DNA of 64,000 bases from SAR86 cluster bacterium (GTDB taxonomy: Bacteria; Pseudomonadota; Gammaproteobacteria; Magnimaribacterales; TMED112). Of this stretch, positions 10,229-20,100 are shown piece by piece; the stretch's first letter is position 1, and each line of letters begins with the position of its first letter. The position numbers and the translations under genes were made by a program. The stretch covers positions 3,145-67,144 of the forward strand of contig QOPH01000003.1 of the NCBI GenBank assembly GCA_003331635.1, written 5' to 3'. The notes beneath the pieces are model-generated. The model was not told the DNA's origin, did no database searches, and worked only from the letters and a program-made list of their open reading frames with translations.

Positions 10229-10750
10229 ATGTTGAGAAAAATTTTAACAATTATATTTTTAGCCACTCTAGGTGGATGTAGTTCAAATCCTGTGAGCACT
10301 GAAAGGTTAAGTGATTTTGACATACAAGATTACAGCACATTCCAAGTATCAGCATTTGCTCAATCAGGTGATGTAAGAGTAAGTCCATTTACATCTGAGC
10401 TATTAGAAGTAGAGCTAGTAGATGAGTTGCAAGCTTTAGGACTATCTTTGAAAAAAGAAGCTGAAATTGCTTTTAAAATCTCTCTTTCTATTGATGAAGA
10501 TACTTTCAGAAGTTCAAGGTTTTATGCAAGAAGAGGGGCTTACTATCCATATTATGATCCTTTCTATAATGATTTCTACAACGATCTTGATAAATCATTT
10601 CTAAGAGTTACAGCTTATTCTGTCGAAACTGGAAAAACTCTTTGGACTGGTATAAGACCGATCAAAAATGTAAGAAATGAATTAAGACTTTCTGAAGAAG
10701 AAGTGAGCAAATATATAGATAGCTTTATGCTAGAACTTCTCAACAGTTAG
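10229..10750 (+). CDS. Lipoprotein, DUF4136-like
   Basis: Lipobox LGGC, 'DFDIQDYSTF', Tyr/Pro-rich middle segment, 'TGKTLWTG'. Confidence 0.6.
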   Translation: MLRKILTIIFLATLGGCSSNPVSTERLSDFDIQDYSTFQVSAFAQSGDVRVSPFTSELLEVELVDELQALGLSLKKEAEIAFKISLSIDEDTFRSSRFYARRGAYYPYYDPFYNDFYNDLDKSFLRVTAYSVETGKTLWTGIRPIKNVRNELRLSEEEVSKYIDSFMLELLNS

Positions 10751-11328
10751 GGTACAAGCCAGACACTCTTAACTTCACCATTAGCATTCCAAGAAAACCT
10801 GCATCTCCTATGTCCACTTCTCTGTAAGTAAAGAAATTCAAGAATATTATAGTTGAAATTTAATGTACAAAAATTCTTATATCCATCTTCAACATTAATT
10901 GATTTGATATCAAAATCTACATCTTTTGGATTTTCAATTTTTGCACTTGAGCCTTCTTTAACGGAATAACATTTTTTCGAAATTGCTTGAGAGGATTTCC
11001 AACTTTTCTGTGTATCTTCATTTTGGTAATTTATTTTTGTTTCTCCTATAAGTCTTATTTGCACTTTAAGATTCGGATCATAGCCAATAACCGTTGTTTT
11101 ATTATCTTTTTCTAATTCTTTAATCTTGTTTGATCTGAAGTCAGAATGGAATCTCAAGATTCTTTTTTTTTCGTTAAATTCCCTTAAAACCATGACTCGG
11201 GATTCGATTTCTCTATCGCATAAAGAACTTAGTACAAGAGTATGAAAAAGTGAATCACGATTTTTTACACCATCTTGAAGAATAAAATTTGCTCTTTTAA
11301 GCACTTCCTCTTTTTTATTCATATCCAT
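10747..11328 (-). CDS. Pyridoxamine 5'-phosphate oxidase-like FMN-binding protein
   Basis: 'HTLVLSS', 'SRVMVLR', 'FHSDFRSNKI', 'QIRLIG', 'HRRC.F' pattern of split-barrel flavoproteins. Confidence 0.8.
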   Translation of the reverse strand: MDMNKKEEVLKRANFILQDGVKNRDSLFHTLVLSSLCDREIESRVMVLREFNEKKRILRFHSDFRSNKIKELEKDNKTTVIGYDPNLKVQIRLIGETKINYQNEDTQKSWKSSQAISKKCYSVKEGSSAKIENPKDVDFDIKSINVEDGYKNFCTLNFNYNILEFLYLQRSGHRRCRFSWNANGEVKSVWLVP

Positions 11329-11384
11329 GAGTTGAGTCTAATGAAATTTGAGATAAACAGAAAGATATAGACTAAAATACCTAT

Positions 11385-13094
11385 ATGCAAAATCTAAGGA
11401 TTTTACTAATTTTGTTAGCGCTGCTGTCTTGTTCGAATGAAGAAGAGAAAAGAGATATTTCATCTGTTTCAAGAGGTGAAAATAATGAAGATCTTTCACT
11501 TCTAAGCGAGGATTTCCAGGAAAAAATTTATTCTCCATTACCTAATTTGCATGTTGCTGTGGGCTATGGATTGGCGAACAGTATTTTAGTTGTTGGTGAT
11601 GGTGAAAGTCTGATAATCGACACGATGGGAGGAATAGAAACAGCTAATAGAGTGATAAAAGATATGGGTGATTTAAATCCTAACACAGAAATTAAAATTG
11701 CTTATACCCACTTCCATGCTGACCATACTTTAGGAGCTGGAGCTTTCAAGGAAAATTTCCAAATCAATGGTGTTATTGGTCATAGAGATCTTGAGGCAGA
11801 GTTTGAAAATTTTATGGGTATAAAAAGAACATTAATCGGCGAAAGATCACAAAAGATGTTCGGTTTGATTTTAAAAGATAAAAACTTTTCAGATGGAATT
11901 GGAATAAAGCTTGAGGCAGGAGTTGATACATCAGGCTATCTGAAACCAGATATAGTATTCGATAAAACACATTCTGAAGAAGTAGGTGGTCTAAAAGTAG
12001 ATTTCATTCATGCACCAGGAGAGACGGATGATCAAATTTTTGTTTGGATTGAAGAAATGAAGACATTGTTTTCTGGAGACAATATCTACAAAGCATTTCC
12101 AAATATTTATACAATCAGAGGCACGTCTTTTAGAAGTTTTAGATCTTGGTATCAGAGCATAGAAAAAATGATTGCACTTGAGCCAGAGGTTTTAGTGCCA
12201 AGTCACGGCGTCCCAATATTAGGTAAAAAAAATATTTTAGAAATTCTTAAAAACTATAGAGATGCAATTAAGTATGTGCATGATCAGACAATGCGTAAAC
12301 TTAATCTTGGAGGTAACCCAATAGATGTTGCGCAATCAATTAAATTGCCAAAAAGCTTAAGAGAAGATCCTTACTTGTTTGAACTATATGGCTCAGTAGA
12401 ATGGAGTTCAAGAAATCTATTTAATGGCTATTTTGGATGGTTTGACGGTAATCCCTCGAATTTACATCCTTTGGAAAAGAAAGAATTTTCATCAAGGCTT
12501 AGAGGGCTAATTTCTGATGAAAAATTACTTGAAGAAATAAAAGTTTCTTTTGAGAAAAAAGATTATCAATGGACGCTTTTTTTAACTGATTTATTTTCTG
12601 AAGAAAATATAGAGGTAAGAAATCTTAGAGCGGAAACTCTCAGAGTTTTAGGAGAGGAGGCTTATAACCCTAATGCAAAAAGCTACTATCTTAGTGAATA
12701 TGCCGCAATTTCTGATATAGAAACAAGTAAAGGATTTGTGACTGCTGAATCAAGCATTACAGATAAGATGCTTCGCGAACTTAGTATTTTAATGTTTTTA
12801 GATATTATGGCTACTCGTCTAGACCCAAAGGACACTGAGGAGCTGAGTGAAACTGTGAAAATTAAATTTAATGATTTAAATGAGATTTGGGAACTAAGAT
12901 TGCATAATTCAGTGCTGACCTATAAACAAGTAGCAACCCTTGATGATATAGATATTGAAATGGAATCGCTGACGTTTAAAAAACTTTTAACACAAAAATT
13001 AAATCCTGTTGTAGATATTTTGTTGTCTAGCAACTTAGCAACAGGAGAAAATAAAGCAGGCTTTCTAGGATTTGTTGCAAGGTTCAGAAATTAA
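11385..13094 (+). CDS. Alkyl/aryl-sulfatase (SdsA1/BDS1-like metallo-beta-lactamase fold), lipoprotein
   Basis: Lipobox LLSC, THFHADH, HAPGETDD, FPNIYTIRGT, VPSHG, dimerisation-domain 'YFGWFDGNP', SCP2-like C-terminus. Confidence 0.88.
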   Translation: MQNLRILLILLALLSCSNEEEKRDISSVSRGENNEDLSLLSEDFQEKIYSPLPNLHVAVGYGLANSILVVGDGESLIIDTMGGIETANRVIKDMGDLNPNTEIKIAYTHFHADHTLGAGAFKENFQINGVIGHRDLEAEFENFMGIKRTLIGERSQKMFGLILKDKNFSDGIGIKLEAGVDTSGYLKPDIVFDKTHSEEVGGLKVDFIHAPGETDDQIFVWIEEMKTLFSGDNIYKAFPNIYTIRGTSFRSFRSWYQSIEKMIALEPEVLVPSHGVPILGKKNILEILKNYRDAIKYVHDQTMRKLNLGGNPIDVAQSIKLPKSLREDPYLFELYGSVEWSSRNLFNGYFGWFDGNPSNLHPLEKKEFSSRLRGLISDEKLLEEIKVSFEKKDYQWTLFLTDLFSEENIEVRNLRAETLRVLGEEAYNPNAKSYYLSEYAAISDIETSKGFVTAESSITDKMLRELSILMFLDIMATRLDPKDTEELSETVKIKFNDLNEIWELRLHNSVLTYKQVATLDDIDIEMESLTFKKLLTQKLNPVVDILLSSNLATGENKAGFLGFVARFRN

Positions 13095-13097
13095 ATT

Positions 13098-13310
13098 ATG
13101 GATAAGATTCTAAATGAGACTTTTTACAAAGTTTTCTTAATTGTTTGTTTAGTTCCAGCTGTAATATTAATTGGTAAAGCATTTTTACTTGTTTCACCTG
13201 TTATTTTTTGGATTCTCTCATACATGGCTTTTAAAAAAGGAAGCCAAAAGGAAGCAATTATGTGGTTAATTTTTGCTGTTTTAGGTTTAATCCTAGCTTT
13301 TGTCATATAA
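13098..13310 (+). CDS. Small hypothetical membrane protein (70 aa)
   Basis: Hydrophobic ORF filling the gap between the sulfatase stop and the tRNA. Confidence 0.55.
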   Translation: MDKILNETFYKVFLIVCLVPAVILIGKAFLLVSPVIFWILSYMAFKKGSQKEAIMWLIFAVLGLILAFVI

Positions 13311-13325
13311 AATAACGTTTCAGCT

Positions 13326-13410
13326 GGGGATGTGGTGGAACTGGCAGACACGCTGGATTTAGGTTCCAGTGCCGTAAGGCGTGGGGGTTCGACTCCCTCC
13401 ATCCCTACCA
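13326..13410 (+). tRNA. tRNA-Leu(TAG)
   Basis: GGGGATG/CATCCCT acceptor stem, CTGGA-TTTAGGT-TCCAG anticodon arm, long variable arm, GGTTCGACTCC T-arm, encoded CCA. Confidence 0.96.
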
Positions 13411-13435
13411 TTTTTATTAGAAACTTAATTTAATT

Positions 13436-13452
13436 TAACAAATTATTTGTTA
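13436..13452. promoter_or_regulatory. Palindrome TAACAAA-tta-TTTGTTA, possible operator
   Basis: Perfect 7-bp inverted repeat about 20 nt upstream of the 13473 start. The region is AT-rich, so it could be chance. Confidence 0.3.
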
Positions 13453-13472
13453 CTCTTTCCTTAGGAGGAAAT

Positions 13473-13778
13473 ATGTACGTAAAACTTACACAAAAATGTG
13501 ATTCATTTGCGAAATGGATGGAAATGGCGCTTGAAAATGGCCACCGTCTTCAAAAACATGGTGGAACAATTATCTTTGCCGGAACTGAGAAGGATGATGA
13601 TACAAGTATGTTTGCCATCATCCATTATCAGAGCATGGAAGGTCTTAAATCATTCAAAGAGGATCAGGAGTTTACAGATATTAGAGCTGCAGCAGGAGCA
13701 CATGTTGAGACTACAGAAGCAATAATTCTAAACGAAAATCCTTTGGTTAATTTTCCAGAGATTAATAAGAATCCATAA
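13473..13778 (+). CDS. Small dimeric alpha/beta-barrel-like protein (DUF3764-like)
   Basis: Strong RBS AGGAGG. Sequence pattern 'F..WM.......RLQKHGGTIIFAG....DD..MFAIIHY.S.E.L..F...E....R..AG'. Confidence 0.7.
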   Translation: MYVKLTQKCDSFAKWMEMALENGHRLQKHGGTIIFAGTEKDDDTSMFAIIHYQSMEGLKSFKEDQEFTDIRAAAGAHVETTEAIILNENPLVNFPEINKNP

Positions 13779-13811
13779 AATGTTGGAGGAATTATTTCCT
13801 CCTGCATTTTT
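13777..13811. terminator. Probable bidirectional intrinsic terminator
   Basis: AAAATG-tt-GGAGGAA-ttat-TTCCTCC-tg-CATTTTT stem-loop directly after the stop codon. Confidence 0.7.
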
Positions 13812-13897
13812 CTAAGCACATCTTCAATAAACTCCTTACCTAAACCTTGTTTAAGTATAAATAATTCATATAATATCTTATAAATAAAATTTATATT

Positions 13898-14506
13898 ATG
13901 AATATATTTGAAAATAATTCTCTACATACACTTTCCGATAGGTTTGCCTATTCAATGACCATTTTCTTTAGGTTTATAGCAGATACTTTTTTTGCAAAAA
14001 GATATGGCCACAGGGCAGTAGTGCTCGAAACTATTGCGGGTGTTCCAGGCATGGTCGCAGGTATGTGGATGCACTTTAAAAGCTTAAGATCCATGAAAGT
14101 TGGCTATGGCAAACATATAAGAGAAATGTTGGCAGAGGCAGAAAATGAAAGAATGCATTTAATGTTCTTTATCGAAATTGCTAAACCAAATATATTTGAG
14201 AGAAGTTTAGTGCTATTTTCACAGTTTTTGTTTGGCGCATTTTACTTCTTTATGTATGTTTTCTTCACCAAAACAGCCCATAGAATGATAGGTTTTTTTG
14301 AAGATGAAGCAGTTAAAAGTTACTCGGAGTATTTGAAGATGATTGAAAATGGTGAAATTGAAAATGTTAAAGCACCTCAAATAGCTATTGAATACTACGA
14401 TTTGAAAAGTAATGCTCGACTAATAGATCTTGTTAAATGTGTTAAGGCAGACGAAGAGCATCACAGTGAAGTTAACCATAAATATGCAGATGAGGAGATA
14501 GGATGA
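13898..14506 (+). CDS. aox: Alternative oxidase (ubiquinol oxidase, diiron)
   Basis: LETIAGVPG, EAENERMHL, FFEDEAV.SY, ADEEHH. All diiron carboxylate ligands are present. Confidence 0.95.
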   Translation: MNIFENNSLHTLSDRFAYSMTIFFRFIADTFFAKRYGHRAVVLETIAGVPGMVAGMWMHFKSLRSMKVGYGKHIREMLAEAENERMHLMFFIEIAKPNIFERSLVLFSQFLFGAFYFFMYVFFTKTAHRMIGFFEDEAVKSYSEYLKMIENGEIENVKAPQIAIEYYDLKSNARLIDLVKCVKADEEHHSEVNHKYADEEIG

Positions 14507-14934
14507 AGAAAGTATTAATTGGCTTAATAATGACACTAGCAGCTAGTTTAAGTGCCGCAGAACATGAAGTGAAAATGCTAAATTTTGGTGATGGTGGATC
14601 AATGATCTTTGAACCAGGATTTTTAAAAGTAAATAAAGGAGATACTATCAACTTTAAATCTGTTGATTTAGCACACAATTCAGAATCAGTAGAAGGGCTC
14701 ATTCCTGATGGAGCAAGTCCGTGGAAAGGTGAAATTAATGAAAACATTAGCGTTACCTTAAATGAAGAGGGAGTATATGTTTATCAATGCACACCACATC
14801 TAATCTTAGGGATGATTGGAGTAATACAGGTAGGTGAAGCAGTAAATTTAAATGAGGTTAAAGCTAATGTTGGAAAACTAACATTTGCTGTGAATCCTGA
14901 AAGGTTATCAAACTATCTAAATCTAGTAGAATAA
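14503..14934 (+). CDS. Pseudoazurin (type 1 copper cupredoxin)
   Basis: Signal peptide, 'HEVKMLN...MIFEPGFL', HNSES and CTPH..GM copper ligands. ATGA overlap with aox. Confidence 0.88.
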   Translation: MKKVLIGLIMTLAASLSAAEHEVKMLNFGDGGSMIFEPGFLKVNKGDTINFKSVDLAHNSESVEGLIPDGASPWKGEINENISVTLNEEGVYVYQCTPHLILGMIGVIQVGEAVNLNEVKANVGKLTFAVNPERLSNYLNLVE

Positions 14935-14940
14935 TTTCTG

Positions 14941-15087
14941 ATGGACAACAAAGATTTAGAAAAGTTAACAGAGCATTTTTTTGAAAAGTGCCCAACAGAG
15001 GCACGAAATTTTTTTCATCAAATCTTAGATAAGCTTGAAAAAATAGAAGATAAAATAAGTGCTTTAGAGAATAAAACTTCCAAATAA
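14941..15087 (+). CDS. Small hypothetical protein, 48 aa, not in the ORF track
   Basis: Manual translation MDNKDLEKLTEHFFEKCPTEARNFFHQILDKLEKIEDKISALENKTSK*. It fills the gap between neighbouring genes and has a C-terminal heptad pattern. Confidence 0.5.
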   Translation: MDNKDLEKLTEHFFEKCPTEARNFFHQILDKLEKIEDKISALENKTSK

Positions 15088-15102
15088 TTCAATTAAATTT
15101 AT

Positions 15103-15747
15103 ATGAAAATATTAGTTGCTGGTTCAACTGGACTCGTTGGCAAAACACTCATTAGTGATTTCCTCCAAGAGCATGAAGTAATTGCAATCTCAAGAAGACC
15201 TTTTAAATTTCCAAAGAATGTTAAGCAAGAGCTTATAGATTTCAATAAAGATTTTAGTGTAAAACCTGCAGATCATTTCTTTATATGCTTGGGGTACCCA
15301 TTGGAGCTTTTAGATCTTGTTTACATGCGCGATAAAATTAAACCTAAATTTGAAGAAGTTGATTTTGGATTGGTCATTAAACTAGCTAAGATGGCGCTTG
15401 ATGTAGGAATAAAAGATATATCTGTAATTTCTTCGGTTATGGCAGATAAAAACTCCCTTAATCACTACCTTAAGATAAAAGGAGAGATGGAAGAAGAAAT
15501 TAAAAAGTTATCATTTAATAAAATTAATATATTTAGACCAAGTCATCTTTTAGGAGAAAGGGAGAATAAAATTGGCTTAGATGTACAAATTTTTGAAAAA
15601 GTAACAAATATCTTTGGGCAAGTACTGCCATCACAGCTAAAAGATTTTAAGAATGTAGAAGCGAGGACTCTTGCAAAAAATATGGTAACTGAGGCATTTA
15701 ATAATAAAACAGGTGTGAGTTACTTCTCACATAAAGATTTTAATTAA
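15103..15747 (+). CDS. NAD(P)-binding oxidoreductase, YraR/TIP30-like
   Basis: VAGSTGLVG, 'FICLG', 'VISS..AD..S.N.YLK.KGEME', 'IFRPSHLLGER'. Confidence 0.82.
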   Translation: MKILVAGSTGLVGKTLISDFLQEHEVIAISRRPFKFPKNVKQELIDFNKDFSVKPADHFFICLGYPLELLDLVYMRDKIKPKFEEVDFGLVIKLAKMALDVGIKDISVISSVMADKNSLNHYLKIKGEMEEEIKKLSFNKINIFRPSHLLGERENKIGLDVQIFEKVTNIFGQVLPSQLKDFKNVEARTLAKNMVTEAFNNKTGVSYFSHKDFN

Positions 15748-16334
15748 AGAAAGTCTGGCATTTCCCTAAATGCTTCCTTGCCAAAAAACATTTCCTTCCC
15801 AACAAAAAAAGTTGGTACTCCGAAAACACCCATTCCGTATGCTTTAGACGTATTGTCTATAAGCTTTTGTTTAATTTCAGGAGTTGCAGCTTGTTCTAAA
15901 ATTTCCTCACCATTGATTTTATTCTGCAATAAATAATTTTTCAAAATCTCAATATCATTAAAGTTTTTCTCCTCTTCCCACATTCCCTTGGCTATACAGT
16001 CTACATATTCAGCAAAATTTCCTCTCTCTTGTGCTGCTAAAGCCCCTCTTTGAATATTCAGTGTATTAATTGGGAAATGAGGATTCATTTTAAATTTTGT
16101 TAATTGATGGAATTTTGCAAATCTTGTGATTTCTTGACCAAAATAATGATTTTTGAGAGGTATTTCTGCATTAGCAATCATAGGAGGTTTGTTATTTGAT
16201 AATTTAAAAATACCTCCTAGCAAGCAAACAAAATAATCAAATTTCACATCATATTTTTTCTCAAAACTAGGAATTACTTTATGAGATAAATATGCATTTG
16301 GACTCCCGATATCAAAAATGAATTTTATTTGCAT
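15744..16334 (-). CDS. 2-hydroxychromene-2-carboxylate isomerase / kappa-class GST (DsbA family)
   Basis: FIFDIGSPNAYL, 'NPHFPINT', 'GVFGVPTFFV...FFGK'. Confidence 0.85.
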   Translation of the reverse strand: MQIKFIFDIGSPNAYLSHKVIPSFEKKYDVKFDYFVCLLGGIFKLSNNKPPMIANAEIPLKNHYFGQEITRFAKFHQLTKFKMNPHFPINTLNIQRGALAAQERGNFAEYVDCIAKGMWEEEKNFNDIEILKNYLLQNKINGEEILEQAATPEIKQKLIDNTSKAYGMGVFGVPTFFVGKEMFFGKEAFREMPDFL

Positions 16335-16375
16335 TCTCTCATTCTAACCTTATTGGTATAATTCAATTACAATTC

Positions 16376-17104
16376 ATGAAAGATAAGATAGTTTTAATAA
16401 TCGGAGCTGGTCCAGGATTAGGCTCATCTCTAGCACAAAAATTTTCACAATCTGGATATCATGTTTTTGCATCCAGAAGAGAAAGAAATAAAAAAGCTCT
16501 TCAAAATCTTGCAAAAGGCATAAATAAAAAAGGCTTTAAATGCACACCATACCCAATAGATGCAAGAAATGAAGTAGAAATTCAAGAACTCTTTAAAACT
16601 GCTGCTAAACAGGGAAAGATTGAATGTGTAATTTTCAACATTGGTGCGAATGTATTTTTTCCTATAAGCAAAACAACTTCTAGAGTATTTAAAAAGGTTT
16701 GGGAAATGGCTACATTTGCAGGTTTTCTAACAGGAAAAGAAGCAGCTAAATATATGTTGAAAAATAAAAAGGGAACAATCATTTTTACGGGAGCAACAGC
16801 ATCGATGAGAGGCAGCTCAGGATTCAGTGCTTTTGCGTCAGCAAAATTTGGATTAAGAGCAGTTGCTCAATCAATGGCAAGAGAACTTGGCCCTAAAGGG
16901 ATTCATGTTGCTCATACTGTAATTGATGGAGCAATTGATCATCCTTGGATTAAAGAAAACTTTCCAGACATTTATAAATTGAAGAAACAAGATGGAATTT
17001 TAAAACCTGATGAAATTGCTCAGGTCTATCTTGATTTGCATAATCAAAAAAAGTCTGTTTGGACACATGAAATTGATCTTAGACCATACATGGAAAAATT
17101 CTAA
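16376..17104 (+). CDS. Short-chain dehydrogenase/reductase
   Basis: GAGPGLG, 'FTGATASMRG', 'FASAKFGLRAVAQSMARELGP'. Confidence 0.9.
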   Translation: MKDKIVLIIGAGPGLGSSLAQKFSQSGYHVFASRRERNKKALQNLAKGINKKGFKCTPYPIDARNEVEIQELFKTAAKQGKIECVIFNIGANVFFPISKTTSRVFKKVWEMATFAGFLTGKEAAKYMLKNKKGTIIFTGATASMRGSSGFSAFASAKFGLRAVAQSMARELGPKGIHVAHTVIDGAIDHPWIKENFPDIYKLKKQDGILKPDEIAQVYLDLHNQKKSVWTHEIDLRPYMEKF

Positions 17105-17141
17105 AACTGTTATAATAGTGATTTAAAAAAAAGGGATTATT

Positions 17142-20100
17142 TTGAGCAAGGGAATATCTTTAGATGATAAATATAAAAAAAGAGATGGAACTGTATTTCT
17201 TACAGGAATACAGGCACTTGTCAGGTTGCCTCTTATTCAAAAAGAACTAGATATTCAAAGAAATCTAGATACTGGGGGATTTATTTCTGGTTACAAAGGC
17301 TCACCTCTTGGTGGTTATGATTTAGAGCTACATCGTGCAAAAAAATTTCTAGATCAAAATGATATCTTCCATCAACCCGGTCTTAATGAAGAATTAGGTG
17401 CAACCGCTGTTTGGGGCTCACAACAGGGAGAATTTCATGGAAGAGGACTTAAAGATGGTGTATTCGGAATCTGGTATGGAAAAGGTCCAGGCATGGATCG
17501 TTCTATGGATGTTTTTAAACATGCAAATGCAGCAGGATCCTCTATATTTGGTGGAGTACTAGCAGTTGCTGGAGATGATCATGCAGCCAAGTCTTCAACA
17601 TTACCTCATCAATCAGACCACAACTTTATGAGTGCTTTCATGCCTTATTTGTATCCAAGTGGAGTCAGTGAAATTGTAAGGTTTGGTTTGTTAGGTTTTG
17701 CAATGAGTAGATACAGTGGCTGTTGGGTAGGTTTAAAAATCGTATCTGACGTAGCAGATTCTGGTAGGACTTATGATACTTCAATAGAAAACGAAGAGAT
17801 CATTGTACCTAGCGGTGCATTTTTAGGAGAATACAAAGACTTACCAAGAAATATCCTCTTTTCAGACACTCCCAGAGAGCAAGATTTTAGACTGCAGAGG
17901 GCAAAAGGTTTTGCTGCACAAGAATTCGTTAGGGCAAATCAAATTGATAAAGTAATTTGGAAGAACAATAACGCAAAACTCGGAATAATTTCTGCAGGCA
18001 AATCATATAACGATGTCCTCGAAGCCTTCAGATGGCTTGGAATAGATGAAGAAAAAGCAAAAAGCATGGGTATTGCTTTATATAAAGTTGGAATGCCATG
18101 GCCTCTTGAACCACAGGGCATAAGAGAATTTTGTAGAGGTCTTGATACTGTTCTAGTTGTTGAAGAGAAAAGAGAATTAATTGAACACCAAGTAAAATGG
18201 CAGCTATACAATTGGAAAGAAAACGTAAGACCGACTGTTATTGGAAAACAAGATGAAAATGGAAAGTGGTTACTGCCTGCAGAAAATGACCTTCCAATGC
18301 AAACAATAATTGAAGTTATTGCTGAAAGGATTTCAAAATTTAACAGCGATAGCGCAGTTATTAACCAGCTTGACTGGTTTCAAAAACGAAATAAGTCACA
18401 AGAAAATATAAATGCTCCACTAAATCGAAAACCATTCTTTTGCTCTGGTTGCCCTCACAACACTTCATTAATGGTTCCTGAGGGAAAACGTGCATTAGGT
18501 GGAATTGGGTGCCATTACATGGCAGTAAATACTGTGAAAGGGACAGAATTTTTTACTCAGATGGGAGGTGAGGGAACACCTTGGATAGGAATATCACCCT
18601 TTTCAAAAGAAAAACATATTTATGCAAATCTTGGTGATGGAACTTACAAACATTCGGGTATTTTAGCAATTAGAGCTGCTCTTGATGCTGAAGTTAATAT
18701 CACATACAAAATACTCTATAACGATGCTGTTGCAATGACAGGAGGCCAAGAAATTGGAGATAATTGGAATGTTGATGGAATTATTAAGCAAGTTTTAGCT
18801 GAAGGTGTAAAGAAGATTTCAGTTCTTTCGCAAGATCCAAAAAAGTATAAGTATTTATCATCAAAATACGTGAAGAGTGTCCATCGCGATCACATTATTA
18901 GTGAACAGGTAAACCTTAGCAAACATAAAGGTGTAAGTGTTTTAATATTTGATCAAACATGTGCAGCTGAAAAAAGAAGAAGAAGAAAAAGAGGCCAAAT
19001 GCATGATCCTCTGCAAAGAATAATGATAAACCCAGATGTGTGTGAGGGTTGTGGAGATTGCTCAATGCAATCCAGCTGTGTATCAATTGAGCCACTTGAA
19101 ACAAAACTTGGAAGAAAAAGAAAAATTAATCAATCCACTTGTAACAAAGATTACACATGTCTTAAAGGTTTCTGTCCATCTTTTGTCTCTGTAGACGCTC
19201 AACTTCAAGCAAGAACAACATCACATAAAATAGATGGACTTCCAGATCCAAAACATAAAGTTTCTGATGGTGTTTCCAATATTATTCTTACTGGAATTGG
19301 AGGAACTGGTGTTTTAACAGTATCGGCAATAACAGCTATGGCTGCTCATTATGAGGGTAAAGAATCAACAATATTAGATATGACAGGACTAGCTCAGAAA
19401 GGGGGAGCAGTTTGGTCTCACATAAAAATCTATGAAAAGAATGTAAAAACATTTAGCCATAAAATTGCACCTGCCTCAGCTAACCTTTTCTTAGCATGTG
19501 ATGCAGTGGTCGGAACAAAGCCAGAAATTCAAGAAGTTTTATCTGATAAAAAAACATACTCGATTATTAATTCAGATACTATTCCAGTTGCTGATTTTGT
19601 AACCAATAGAGATTTAGATTTTAAGGATGATGAAGTTTTAAAAGTAATTGATAAAACTACTAAAGATATTAATATCACAGTACCAGCAATTAAGATTGCA
19701 GAAAATTTATGTGGCGATGCAATTGCAGCAAATATTATGATGCTTGGCGCAGCTTATCAGCTTGGTCATATTCCACTAAAAGAAGAGAGTATTAAATATG
19801 CTATTAAGTTAAATGGCATTGGTGTAGAAAAAAATATCTATAGTTTTAATCTCGGAAGACTTTATGCATTCAATCCAAAAGATAAGATTTTTAAATTCTT
19901 AAATTCATTTAAAGAGAAAGAACAAACCACCGAGAGTGTTCTTAAGGACAGACTTGAAAGGCTAGCTATTTACGATAAAAAAGAAATAGATTTCTTCAAT
20001 AGCAAAGTTAATTTTACGAAAGACTTAATTAAGAATGAATTAGAAACAGAAGAGCTATTAAAGAAAACCATAAAAGAAATTTACCGTGTTATTGCAGTTA

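Noticed and set aside
13124-13411. 95-aa minus-strand ORF
   Set aside because: It is the antisense shadow of tRNA-Leu and of the 70-aa membrane gene.
13805-13900. Minus-strand frame reading KQGLGKEFIEDVLRKMQEE, resembling a GNAT motif A remnant
   Set aside because: No start codon, very short, and it overlaps the terminator and the aox promoter region. Chance cannot be excluded.
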